From the NCBI GenBank assembly GCA_944361835.1, contig CALVTI010000041.1, forward strand, positions 1-35,824: 35,824 nucleotides of DNA, in the 5' to 3' direction. Positions 1 to 8,589 of the stretch are shown piece by piece. Origin of the DNA: an uncultured Clostridia bacterium (GTDB lineage: Bacteria > Bacillota > Clostridia > Christensenellales > UBA1242). A program made the translations under genes and the position numbers. Below the pieces are notes generated by a model. The model did not search any database, was not told the origin of the DNA, and saw only the letters and a list, made by a program, of their open reading frames with translations. Numbering within the stretch: the first letter of the stretch is position 1; every line of letters starts with the position of its first letter.

Positions 1-1
1 C

Positions 2-256
2 AAGAAAAAATCTCCGCAAGCAAAAAACGGCAAAGTAAAAAGCGGAGGCAAGTCGGCGTCGAAAAAGCCTTCTGCCCCAGCTAAAAAACAACAAAAGGCC
101 ACTTACTTTTCTTCGCCAAGACCCGTGGCACAAAGGCAAGCTCAGCCTCAAGTGGCTCCACAAAGAGCAGTTTCGCCTAACCGGGCCACTTCAGCGCCTC
201 ATAGAGAAAGTGCTGAGCCCGCTACGAACTTTGGATACTTTGACTTGTTAAAATGA
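2..256 (+). CDS. C-terminal end of a CDS truncated by the window edge; basic Lys/Pro/Ala/Gln-rich low-complexity tail ending ...ATNFGYFDLLK*
   Basis: Frame 2 is open from the window edge to TGA at 254-256. It is absent from the ORF track because no start lies in the window. A perfect hairpin follows immediately. No family recognised. Confidence 0.4.
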   Translation, partial: KKKSPQAKNGKVKSGGKSASKKPSAPAKKQQKATYFSSPRPVAQRQAQPQVAPQRAVSPNRATSAPHRESAEPATNFGYFDLLK

Positions 257-257
257 A

Positions 258-286
258 AGAAGCATCTGGCTAGATGCTTCTTTTTA
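258..286. terminator. Rho-independent-type hairpin between convergent genes
   Basis: agaagcatct (258-267), loop ggct, agatgcttct (272-281) form a perfect 10-bp stem followed by TTTTT (282-286). It lies between the + stop at 254-256 and the - stop at 284-286. Confidence 0.65.
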
Positions 287-988
287 TTTATCAAGTTCTG
301 TAAACATATCTCCAAAGCTCGGCCTGCTCAGCCCTGACCTTACTATCATGAGTTCATCATAGGTCTCAGCGTCTATCTGGTCTACAGATTCTTCGACTGT
401 CTCTATACATCTGTTGTTTTTGTAGTGGTAGTCGAGATATTTTAGACCCAGCCTCTTCCATGTGGCGAAGGTGTCGGTCTTTTCAAAGTCTATTTTGTCT
501 TTTAAAAGCACAACCGCCTTTATCATATCACAAATCTCAACCTTTATTGGGTGCCCGTTGTGAGCTGGGAGAAAGGCTCCGCCAAGAAGCGCTCTGCCCT
601 GTCTACAGCGCACAAAATACCTCATTATGCTGAGCGCATTTTTGGTCGTAATTTTAGATACGTAGTCGTTTGATTTGAACACCTTTCGCACTTCTGGGGT
701 GTCAAGATACAAAACTGTAGAAACAAATTCAAACGAAAAAGCATTTCGAAGCTGTATGTGATTTTGAGGGTCTTTGACCGCCTCGGCAGCCTCGGCTCTG
801 TTTTTAAAGAAAAAGCCGTTGTAGACCACATCTTGGACTTTGTCTTTAAACACACAATCATATAGCGCCATCAAAAGATGAACAAACTGGCGCTGGAGCT
901 GATAGATCGTGTTGTAGTCCTCAAACTTATACTTGTCAATTACAACATAAGGTCTGTCTATATCCATAGTTTCTTTCAACTGTCTCAT
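284..988 (-). CDS. Hypothetical soluble protein, no family recognised (234 aa from the ATG start)
   Basis: Long ORF with coding-like composition. The ATG at 988 is preceded by GGAGG at 5-nt spacing (ttGGAGGcgagcATG), so the TTG at 1000 used by the ORF track probably lies inside the RBS. Confidence 0.7.
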   Translation of the reverse strand: MRQLKETMDIDRPYVVIDKYKFEDYNTIYQLQRQFVHLLMALYDCVFKDKVQDVVYNGFFFKNRAEAAEAVKDPQNHIQLRNAFSFEFVSTVLYLDTPEVRKVFKSNDYVSKITTKNALSIMRYFVRCRQGRALLGGAFLPAHNGHPIKVEICDMIKAVVLLKDKIDFEKTDTFATWKRLGLKYLDYHYKNNRCIETVEESVDQIDAETYDELMIVRSGLSRPSFGDMFTELDK

Positions 989-1008
989 GCTCGCCTCCAA
1001 CTATCAAA

Positions 1009-1037
1009 ATTTTAACACACCTTTGCTCTTTTGTAAA
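1009..1037 (-). promoter_or_regulatory. Putative sigma-70-type promoter for the 284-988 gene
   Basis: The minus strand reads TTTACA (1037-1032), 17 nt, TAAAAT (1014-1009), with TG at the extended -10 position (gTGtTAAAAT). Confidence 0.45.
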
Positions 1038-1084
1038 TAGCCAAATTTAATTTTAATTTTTCTTTTCTTGCAAATACTAATGGC

Positions 1085-2572
1085 GTGAAAAAGACATTTT
1101 TAAATGGAGCTCTTGTCCTGACCATAGCTGGGCTACTTTGCAAACTTTTGGGCGCTATATATCGCATTCCTCTCTCAAACATCTTGGGGGCTGAGGGCAT
1201 AGGCATTTACCAAATGATATATTCCGTCTACTCGCTTGCGCTGGTCATTTCGGCCGGGGCCATTCCCAGCGCTATGACTATATCTATAGCCGAAGTAAGG
1301 AAGACAAATGCTGGCGCGGTGAAGACCATTTTTAAAAAATATTTTTTAATCAGCCTTTGCTTTGGCCTGTTTTTTACGCTAATCTTTTCAATCTTTTCTT
1401 ATCAAATCGCACTATTTCAAGGAAATATCCTCGCGCAAAAGGGCTATCTCTTTATCTCCTCTGCCATTTTATTTTCTTCGCTCCTAGCGCCGTTTAGAGC
1501 ACTTTTCCAAGGCTATGAAAACATGGTGCCTACAGGCATAAGCCAAATCTTGGAACAACTTATAAAGCTGGCAGTCGGGCTGTTTTTCTCCATATATCTC
1601 TACCGCTACGGACTCGTGTATGCCATTGTTGGAGCAATTTTGGGAGTCGTCGTGTCTGAGCTTGTCAGCCTGCTATTTCTTTTATTTTACACTCTAAAAA
1701 ATAGCCCTCTCAAAAATATAAAAACTTACGAACCTTACGACGTCAAACCTACTTTTATTCCAATCTTTTTCTTTTGCCTCATAAATCCTGCCGTGGTCGC
1801 CATAGATAGCGTGCTGACAGTAAACCTCTTAAATTTGAATTTTTCAAGCTCGTTTTCGACTTCATTATACGGCCTTCAATCTGGAATGGTGAACTCACTC
1901 ATAAACTTTCCTGTCGTATTTTCTCTTGCCATCTCCTCAAGTCTTTTGCCGTTTATAGCCAAAGGCGAAAAAAGCTTTGTGAGCGAAAAGATAAAAAATA
2001 GTTTCTTTTTTGGCTACATAATCATACTTCCGTTTGTGCTCGCCTTTACGCTACTTTCTCGCGACATCATAAATTTCGTTTTTCCTACTATTAGCGAAAA
2101 TCTTAAAAGCATAACGGCTATGCTACTTTGCCTTTCAAGCATCCAAATGTTTTTCCTTGTATTTTCTCAAATCTCTTCTTCAATTTTACAAGCCACAAAT
2201 CACACAAAGTTTTTAATAAAAAATTTTGCCACACTTGCTGGGGCAAAACTTCTATTAACTGCTGCACTAGTCGCTTTGAAAAATATAAATATTTTTGGCC
2301 TCGTGATTTCAAATATTTTCTTTTTCTCAATAGTGAGTATAATAAACATTATTTATTTGCGAAAAAAATTTATTTTTCATAATTCTCTTAAAAATATTTT
2401 ACTTCCGCTACTTTTTATATTAATTTTAGCAATAATTTTGATTTTTGCATACAGCTTTATGACAAACTTCTTTGCAAAGTTATTTATTGCAGGCGTTTTT
2501 GGAATAATTTTGTATATTTTGCCATTATTTTTATTTAAAATAATAAAATTTCCTCAAAAAATTAAAAATTGA
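1085..2572 (+). CDS. MOP-superfamily flippase (MurJ/MviN/SpoVB-like polysaccharide or lipid II flippase)
   Basis: 495-aa multi-pass hydrophobic protein. The N-terminus MKKTFLNGALVLTIAGLLCKLLGAIYRIPLSNILGAEGIGIY matches the conserved N-terminal signature of MurJ/SpoVB proteins. GTG start with no obvious SD. Confidence 0.8.
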   Translation: MKKTFLNGALVLTIAGLLCKLLGAIYRIPLSNILGAEGIGIYQMIYSVYSLALVISAGAIPSAMTISIAEVRKTNAGAVKTIFKKYFLISLCFGLFFTLIFSIFSYQIALFQGNILAQKGYLFISSAILFSSLLAPFRALFQGYENMVPTGISQILEQLIKLAVGLFFSIYLYRYGLVYAIVGAILGVVVSELVSLLFLLFYTLKNSPLKNIKTYEPYDVKPTFIPIFFFCLINPAVVAIDSVLTVNLLNLNFSSSFSTSLYGLQSGMVNSLINFPVVFSLAISSSLLPFIAKGEKSFVSEKIKNSFFFGYIIILPFVLAFTLLSRDIINFVFPTISENLKSITAMLLCLSSIQMFFLVFSQISSSILQATNHTKFLIKNFATLAGAKLLLTAALVALKNINIFGLVISNIFFFSIVSIINIIYLRKKFIFHNSLKNILLPLLFILILAIILIFAYSFMTNFFAKLFIAGVFGIILYILPLFLFKIIKFPQKIKN

Positions 2573-2580
2573 TATTATTT

Positions 2581-3522
2581 TTAAATAATTTCTATTTCTA
2601 CATTATCTCCATTTTCAGCGTCTTGATATGAGATCCAATACCCTTCTCCAAACGCATTTTCTTCATCAAGCGGAAGCCACTGAGCGTAGCCATCAAGCTC
2701 CTCTGGACACTCCTTGCTCCAAAGCCCTGGAATGCCATAGCAGATATATTTGACCTTTTCATCTTCATATATAAGGCCAACTACATAATAAGAGTCTCCT
2801 CCGTCATAGTCTATTTTTATCCATTTAGAATTTGGGATTATTTCAGCCAAAACTTCTTCAGGGTCATGCTTTTTAAAAAGGTCGTCTAGCTGATTTTTGA
2901 CTTTGCTATAAAACTTGTTTTCATGCTGAATAGACTCTGGCTCGTTTTGACCATCAGGCTCTGGTTTTTCTTTAGGCTCCTCAGGCTTTGCCTCTTCACT
3001 AGCCACTGAGACCTCATTTTCATAAAACGCGTCTTTATACGGGCACAACATACAATTTTCACATTTTAGAGCCTCGTCGACAGTCTTTTCTATGTCTTCC
3101 TCGAGCTCTATCCCATTTTTGTCAAGCTCTTCTTTAACTTCGCTCAGCTTTGACTTGTCAAGAACTCCTAGTGAAGAAGCTAGGGCCTCTTCTTGCGAAG
3201 AGCTGGCCTTGCCGTCACTACTGCCGATTAGGAGCGGAACTATCTCTCCCTTCACAGAGTTTACAAGGGCGCAGGTGAACTCTTCTAAATTGCCATCGAC
3301 CTCAGCCCTAAACTCATATATTCCATTTTTTTCATTGAGCCCAGCTTTAAAGACCTTGCCACCTGACAAGATGCCCAGAGTCAAAACGCCCTCAGGCTTA
3401 GACTTAAAATTATAGAGCCTGAGAGAACCCACTATTTCGCCATCCTCTTTTGTGAGAGACAAAACTGCTTTATGGACCTTGCCGTTTACAGAGCTTAAGA
3501 CTACCGTTCTTTTAGAATTCAT
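2581..3522 (-). CDS. Uncharacterised three-part protein: beta-rich N-domain, acidic linker with a CxxCxxCP motif, Trp/Tyr-rich C-domain
   Basis: 313-aa ORF with a weak GGTGA RBS (aaaGGGTGAaatATG). Motifs seen directly are KCENCMLCPY, the acidic stretch EEAKPEEPKEKPEPDGQNEPE, and the C-terminal YICYGIPGLW...WLPLDEE...GYWISYQDAENG. Confidence 0.7.
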   Translation of the reverse strand: MNSKRTVVLSSVNGKVHKAVLSLTKEDGEIVGSLRLYNFKSKPEGVLTLGILSGGKVFKAGLNEKNGIYEFRAEVDGNLEEFTCALVNSVKGEIVPLLIGSSDGKASSSQEEALASSLGVLDKSKLSEVKEELDKNGIELEEDIEKTVDEALKCENCMLCPYKDAFYENEVSVASEEAKPEEPKEKPEPDGQNEPESIQHENKFYSKVKNQLDDLFKKHDPEEVLAEIIPNSKWIKIDYDGGDSYYVVGLIYEDEKVKYICYGIPGLWSKECPEELDGYAQWLPLDEENAFGEGYWISYQDAENGDNVEIEII

Positions 3523-3592
3523 ATTTCACCCTTTTTAATCACAATATTATATACATATGCAAAATATGTTTCCAACGGTTATTTTATGAAGA

Positions 3593-4399
3593 CTAAACTA
3601 GTTCTTGACGAAACTTGTCGAAACTCTTATACATATCCTCTAGCTCTTGCGGACTATACTCCTCGGCCCTTGAAGTCAAGGAGTAGCCACAACTCTCTAA
3701 AAAGTCCGCGATATTAGATTTGCTTATACCATAATGCGAAGAGAGATTGTTTTGAATCGTCTTGCGCCTCATGGAAAAAACTGCACTGACAAACTCTTTA
3801 AAGCCCTTGTCAAAAGAAATGTTTTTCCTTTTTAAAACAAGCACAGCCGAGTCGACTTTTGGGACAGGGAAAAACAGCTTTTTATTCACAACTCTAGCAA
3901 GCTTTGCTTCGCAGTAGGTCTGCGCCATGACGCTAGAGACGCCATAGTCAGGCGTCTTTTTGCTTGCGCAGAATTTTTCAGCCACCTCTTTTTGAACCAT
4001 GACCGTCATAGAGGCGAGTTTTTTAGACTGCTCTAAAAATCTAAAAATTATGGGCGTAGTGATATAATATGGCAAATTTGCTACTAAGGCGTATTTTTTG
4101 TCAAAAAGTTTGTCAATTTCGCTGACATCTACTTTCATGATGTCTTTAAAAACTAAAGTAACATTTGGCTTGTCTCTAAACTTTTCCTCGAGGCGGCCTT
4201 TAAGCTCTTCATCTATCTCAAAGCTAACAAGTTTTTTGCATACATTTGAGAGCTCCTCCGTGAGCGAGCCCTCGCCCGCACCTATTTCCAAAACCTCGTC
4301 TTGGGATGAAATATTACTATCTTTAATAATAGCGCGAAGAAGATTTTTATCTCTTATAAAGTTTTGACCAAATTTTTTCTTAAATTTAAAGTTTTCCAT
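3593..4399 (-). CDS. rsmA: 16S rRNA (adenine1518/1519-N6)-dimethyltransferase RsmA/KsgA
   Basis: Motifs KKFGQNFIRD, the SAM motif EIGAGEGSLT and NLPYYITTPI. The ATG at 4399 sits 1 nt after the tatD TGA stop (TGAtATG). The TTG at 4411 in the ORF track is probably spurious. Classic tatD(yabD)-ksgA synteny. Confidence 0.9.
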   Translation of the reverse strand: MENFKFKKKFGQNFIRDKNLLRAIIKDSNISSQDEVLEIGAGEGSLTEELSNVCKKLVSFEIDEELKGRLEEKFRDKPNVTLVFKDIMKVDVSEIDKLFDKKYALVANLPYYITTPIIFRFLEQSKKLASMTVMVQKEVAEKFCASKKTPDYGVSSVMAQTYCEAKLARVVNKKLFFPVPKVDSAVLVLKRKNISFDKGFKEFVSAVFSMRRKTIQNNLSSHYGISKSNIADFLESCGYSLTSRAEEYSPQELEDMYKSFDKFRQELV

Positions 4400-4400
4400 A

Positions 4401-5144
4401 TCAAATTCCAAAAAATTTTATTGCGTTCTCGCTAGTGATTTTAGCGACCTCGTCTTCACAAAGATTAAGCTCGCTCGCCACCTTTTTGCACACCAAGGCG
4501 ACATTTTTAGGCTCATTTCTCTTGCCTCTAAATGGTTCTGGACTAAGGTAAGGGCTGTCAGTTTCAAGCATAAATTTGTCTTTGTCCACGCGCCTTAACA
4601 GCTCTTTAAAATTTTTGGCGTTTTTAAAAGTTATGGCTCCGCCAAAAGAGACATAGTAGCCTCTCTTCATGACCTCTACAAGCGTCTCGACGCTACCGTT
4701 AAAGCAGTGGATAAGCACGCCTTTAAGAGAGTAATCTTTTAAAATATCAAGGGTGTCAGCCGTGGCGTCACGCATATGGATTACGACAGGAAGACATAGC
4801 TGAGACGCAAGACTCAGCTGAGCTCTAAAAACCTTAGCTTGAAGAGCCTTGTCAAGAGGCTCATAGTGATAGTCAAGGCCAATTTCACCTATAGCCACCA
4901 GCTTTGAAGAATTTTCTTTTAAAAATGACTCAAAACTCTTTGAATACTCGCTAGCATTGTTTGGGTGAACTCCAGCTGTAGGACAGACAAAGTTATATTT
5001 AAAAGAAAATTCTAGAGCCTTTAAGGCCGTCTCAGGGTTGTAGCTCGAGGCGACAATCTTCCTGACTCCAGACTCCCTTGTCCTCTTTAAAACCTCCTCT
5101 AAATCTTCATAGTCTTCTAAGTGCGCGTGGCTGTCTATTAACAT
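4401..5144 (-). CDS. tatD: TatD-family metal-dependent hydrolase (YabD-like DNase)
   Basis: The N-terminal MLIDSHAHL metal-binding motif is followed by the HCF and D-SPYL type motifs of TatD. AGGAG RBS 5 nt upstream of the ATG. Confidence 0.85.
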   Translation of the reverse strand: MLIDSHAHLEDYEDLEEVLKRTRESGVRKIVASSYNPETALKALEFSFKYNFVCPTAGVHPNNASEYSKSFESFLKENSSKLVAIGEIGLDYHYEPLDKALQAKVFRAQLSLASQLCLPVVIHMRDATADTLDILKDYSLKGVLIHCFNGSVETLVEVMKRGYYVSFGGAITFKNAKNFKELLRRVDKDKFMLETDSPYLSPEPFRGKRNEPKNVALVCKKVASELNLCEDEVAKITSENAIKFFGI

Positions 5145-5223
5145 TTTAACTCCTTGAGAGAAATTTTAACATTTTAAATTTTAAAAGTAAATAAGTTTTG
5201 AGTCAAACTCATATATATCTAGT

Positions 5224-5802
5224 ATGAATAGAATTTGGCTATGGCTGATGATAGCTTCTTCTGTCGCTCTCCTCTTCACAGCGCCTGACCTTATGGTGAC
5301 CGAGATGACTGACGCTTCTATGGGCGTCATCGAGCTTTGCGTAGAGCTCTGCGCTGTATACGCTGTGTGGCTAGGTGTGCTTGAAATCCTAGACAAAACT
5401 GGGCTTTCTGCAAAGCTGGCGAAGCTCCTTAGGCCACTTATAAAATTTTTGTTTAAGACGGACGACCCAGAGACGACAAAGCTCATCGCAGTCAACATGT
5501 CGTCAAACATGCTTGGGCTTGGAAACGCGGCTACACCTTGCGGGATTAAAGCCATGAAGAGGCTGGACGACAAGAGCGGGAAAATAAACGCGGCCATGAT
5601 AATGCTCCTTGTAGTCAATGCGACCTCTATCCAGCTCCTGCCCACAACTACAATTGGGCTTAGGAGCCAAGCAGGGAGCATGACGCCGACTGACATAATC
5701 ATTCCAACTCTTCTTGCCACTACACTCACCGCGGCCTTTGGCATAGGCCTTGCTAAACTTTGTGAAAAAATATTTTGGCGCAAAAAAGGAGCAAAAAAAT
5801 AG
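5224..5802 (+). CDS. spmA: Spore maturation protein A / nucleoside-recognition-domain membrane protein
   Basis: 192-aa membrane protein. MNRIWLWLMIASSVALLFT... and GNAATPCGIKAM resemble SpmA, and a SpmB-like partner follows directly. Confidence 0.75.
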   Translation: MNRIWLWLMIASSVALLFTAPDLMVTEMTDASMGVIELCVELCAVYAVWLGVLEILDKTGLSAKLAKLLRPLIKFLFKTDDPETTKLIAVNMSSNMLGLGNAATPCGIKAMKRLDDKSGKINAAMIMLLVVNATSIQLLPTTTIGLRSQAGSMTPTDIIIPTLLATTLTAAFGIGLAKLCEKIFWRKKGAKK

Positions 5803-5813
5803 CTAGCTACATA

Positions 5814-6305
5814 ATGCCTGTTTTAATTATTGCACTCCTCATATATGCAAGAATTAAAAAGGTCGAGACCTACAACACTTTTGTAAACGGAGCCAAGGGC
5901 GCTTTCGAGCTCGTGCTTGGCATTTTCCCATATATTGTCACAATCATGATAATGGTGGCCCTCATGAGGGTCAGCGGAATAACAGATATTTTAGTGAGAG
6001 GCTTTGCGCCAATACTAAACCTTTTAGGTATTCCTACTGAGGTGAGTGAGCTCGTTTTGCTCAGGCCGTTTACGGGCAGTGGTAGCTACGGAATATTAAA
6101 GAGCATTTTCGAAACTTATGGCGCAGACTCATATGTGTCGAGGTGCGCCTCGGTCATCATGGGCACGAGTGAAACGCTCTTCTATGTGGCCACCGTCTAT
6201 TTCTCCCAAACCTCAGTAAAAAAACTTTACTATGCCATACCTCTGGCGCTTGTATGTAATCTTTTTGGCACGGTTGTGGCATGTTTGGTATGCAGGATAT
6301 TATAA
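5814..6305 (+). CDS. spmB: Spore maturation protein B-like membrane protein
   Basis: Hydrophobic protein paired with spmA. I prefer the ATG at 5814 (after the spmA stop) to the TTG at 5775 used by the ORF track, but the start is uncertain. Confidence 0.7.
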   Translation: MPVLIIALLIYARIKKVETYNTFVNGAKGAFELVLGIFPYIVTIMIMVALMRVSGITDILVRGFAPILNLLGIPTEVSELVLLRPFTGSGSYGILKSIFETYGADSYVSRCASVIMGTSETLFYVATVYFSQTSVKKLYYAIPLALVCNLFGTVVACLVCRIL

Positions 6306-7091
6306 ATTTTTAAAAGGATTTTTTACTTTTCTATCACGACCCGTCTTTTTTATAGCCTCGCTTCTACTTAGGCCTTTTGCTTCATAGTACTTTATATGCT
6401 CCTCAGGCGTGAGGCTCATGAGCTCACTAGTGCGCTCCTCTGGCGCGCCTTCTACTATGAGCACAAACTCGCCCTTAGGCTCTATTTCAAACTGCTTTCC
6501 AAGCGTGAAGAAAAACTTTTTTTCAAAAAGTTTTGTTATTTCACCTACCAAGCAAGCTTTTCTCTCTCCTAGCTCGTCGTAAATAAACTTTATATCTTTT
6601 TTCAAATTGTGCGGAGCTATGTAAAAGATGACTGAGCCATTAAAGCTCTTTATATTTTCAAGCTGAGCACGCCTATGCTTATTATTGTCACTCAAAAAAC
6701 CTACGAAGGCGAAGCTCTTTGCGTCAAACCCGCTTAAGATGAGCGCAGACAGGCCTGCGTTGGGCCCAGGCACTACAGTAAAGTCTAGCTTTTCCTCAAC
6801 AAGCCTTTTTGCCAGGATTTCGCCAGGGTCTGAGATGACAGGCATACCGCTGTCGCTTATGACGGCGACATCTCGTCCTTCTTTTAAAAGTTTTATTATT
6901 CCGTCGGCGCTCGAACGCTCGTTGTTTTTATGATAAGCGATGAGCTGTTTTTTTATGTCATAATGGTTTAAGAGCTTGAGCGAGTTTCTCGTGTCTTCGC
7001 ACGCTATAACATCCACCTTTTTTAAAGTCTCGACAGCTCTAAAGCTCATGTCGGCTAAATTTCCTATTGGAGTAGCAACAAAATATAACAT
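6300..7091 (-). CDS. rsmI: 16S rRNA (cytidine1402-2'-O)-methyltransferase RsmI
   Basis: MLYFVATPIGNLADMSFRAVETLKKVDVIACEDTR is the RsmI (tetrapyrrole-methylase-fold) signature. The start overlaps the upstream stop (TAATG), with AGGAGGAGA as the SD. Confidence 0.9.
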   Translation of the reverse strand: MLYFVATPIGNLADMSFRAVETLKKVDVIACEDTRNSLKLLNHYDIKKQLIAYHKNNERSSADGIIKLLKEGRDVAVISDSGMPVISDPGEILAKRLVEEKLDFTVVPGPNAGLSALILSGFDAKSFAFVGFLSDNNKHRRAQLENIKSFNGSVIFYIAPHNLKKDIKFIYDELGERKACLVGEITKLFEKKFFFTLGKQFEIEPKGEFVLIVEGAPEERTSELMSLTPEEHIKYYEAKGLSRSEAIKKTGRDRKVKNPFKNL

Positions 7092-7798
7092 TATCTCCTC
7101 CTATAAGTTTTTACTTCTTCTAAGTAGTTTCCGCTCGGGTCGTTTGTTATGAGAGTAGAGAGCACTTTGAGGTCTTCTCTTCCTCCCTTGACCGCCTCTA
7201 TAAAAACAATGTTGCAGTCGGCCTCTAGCTTTGGCGCGGTAAAGAACATCTTTTTAGGCTCAAGCCTCTTCTCTTTGAGTTTAAAGATGAGCTCCGCCGT
7301 CCTGTTTGCATCTAGACAAACATAAAATTTGCCCTTGTCCTTTAAAAGCTTGCTGGCTGTGTTTATGACGCCGTCTAGGTCGACTTTTATTTCATGACGA
7401 GCTATGGCGAGGCTCTCATTTGGATTTATAAATGCACTCGCCCGCTTTTTGTATGGCGGATTGCATACTACAATGTCAGCTTCACCTGCCTCGGTCAGCT
7501 CAAGCATATCCTCATTTTTTATCTCCACTAGCTTTTCTAGATGATTGAGCTTTACGCTCTTTTGAGCTAGGCGAGCGAGCTCGCTTTGAAGCTCTATCCC
7601 TATCACCTTCTTAGGCCTAGTCTTGTATGCTACCAAAATGGCGATTATTCCGCTCCCCGTGCCCAGGTCGTACACGAAGTCGCTATGCTTTGCGTTTACA
7701 AAGTTTGCGAGGATCACCGCGTCGCTTGTAAAAGTGTAGAGCTCTGGGTCTTGGTAAATTTTGAGGCCATCAAGCTGTAAGTCTTCTAACCTTTCCAT
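7091..7798 (-). CDS. trmN6: tRNA1(Val) (adenine37-N6)-methyltransferase-like SAM MTase (YabB/TrmN6 family)
   Basis: SAM motif DLGTGSGIIAI plus the N6-adenine MTase motif NPPY (VVCNPPYKK). Its position between ricT(yaaT) and rsmI(yabC) matches Bacillus yabB. The ATG at 7798 overlaps the upstream TGA (TGATG); a GTG at 7801 is also possible. Confidence 0.7.
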   Translation of the reverse strand: MERLEDLQLDGLKIYQDPELYTFTSDAVILANFVNAKHSDFVYDLGTGSGIIAILVAYKTRPKKVIGIELQSELARLAQKSVKLNHLEKLVEIKNEDMLELTEAGEADIVVCNPPYKKRASAFINPNESLAIARHEIKVDLDGVINTASKLLKDKGKFYVCLDANRTAELIFKLKEKRLEPKKMFFTAPKLEADCNIVFIEAVKGGREDLKVLSTLITNDPSGNYLEEVKTYRRR

Positions 7799-8589
7799 CA
7801 CACTTCCTTAACGCTTGTCATCTTGTACTCTTTGACTTCGTCTCCAATCTTTACGCTGGTGAGTTTGTTTAGAAGGTCGTTGTACATAACCTCGCCCTCA
7901 CCATCAGGAGTCTTGACCCTGCTCCCCACTTTGTGAGCGAGCTTTGAAGCCTCTTCGTAGAGTTCGTTTTCATACGCAAGACAGCACATAAGCCTGCCAC
8001 ACAGCCCATTTATGCTGTTTGGGTTTAGAGACAAATTTTGAGTCTTCGCCATCTTTATTGAGACATGCTCGAAGTCGCCCGTGTTTTTGGTGCAACAACA
8101 CGGCCTGCCACACAGCCCCATTCCGCCCACGAGCTTGACCTCGTCTCGAGAGCCTATTTGTCTTAGCTCTATCCTAGTCCTAAACTCGCTAGCTAGGTCT
8201 TTGACAAGTTCTCTAAAATCGACTCTACTCTCTGCTGTGAAATTTATAATCAGCTTTGCCCCATCAAGCGTAGATTCGACAGAGACTATCTTCATCTCAA
8301 GGCCTCTAGCCTTTACGAGCTGTTTTACCTTGGCTTTGTACTTTGGCATATTCTTAATAATTTTTTCATGAGCTTCTAGGTCAGCCTTTGTAGCTTTTCT
8401 TAAAATAGGTTTTAGTGGCTCATTAGTCTCAAGGAGCACGCTTTCTTGCTCGAGGATAGCTACGCTTCCAAGCTCAAGGCCTCTCAAAGTCTCGACTACT
8501 ACCTTATCTTCCACTTTTAGGTCAAACTTCTCGCCGTCAAACGAGTAGATTTTTGGCTGAGAGTCAAATTTTATTCCAACTATTTGCAT
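7798..8589 (-). CDS. ricT: PSP1-domain protein RicT/YaaT (stage 0 sporulation / RNase Y regulator family)
   Basis: The N-terminal MQIVGIKF...KIYSFD motif and the Cys cluster GLCGRPCCC...GLCGRLMCCL are typical of YaaT. Located immediately after holB, as in Bacillus. Confidence 0.8.
   Translation of the reverse strand: MQIVGIKFDSQPKIYSFDGEKFDLKVEDKVVVETLRGLELGSVAILEQESVLLETNEPLKPILRKATKADLEAHEKIIKNMPKYKAKVKQLVKARGLEMKIVSVESTLDGAKLIINFTAESRVDFRELVKDLASEFRTRIELRQIGSRDEVKLVGGMGLCGRPCCCTKNTGDFEHVSIKMAKTQNLSLNPNSINGLCGRLMCCLAYENELYEEASKLAHKVGSRVKTPDGEGEVMYNDLLNKLTSVKIGDEVKEYKMTSVKEV

Noticed and set aside
2330-2572. AT-rich 3' end of the flippase gene, considered as a possible gene fusion or foreign DNA
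   Set aside because: It encodes Ile/Leu/Phe/Lys-rich terminal TM helices continuous with the rest of the protein, with no frame break.
5195-5226. Possible sixth leaderless gene (spmA: catatatatctagtATG, no SD)
   Set aside because: No hexamer with the critical final T sits at the right distance, and there is no TG extension or -35. The evidence is too weak to list with the others.
5181-5783. 200-aa ORF on the minus strand
   Set aside because: It is fully antisense to spmA. It has a Ser/Ala/Ile-rich shadow-frame composition, no RBS and no recognisable motifs. The plus-strand SpmA reading has clear family features.
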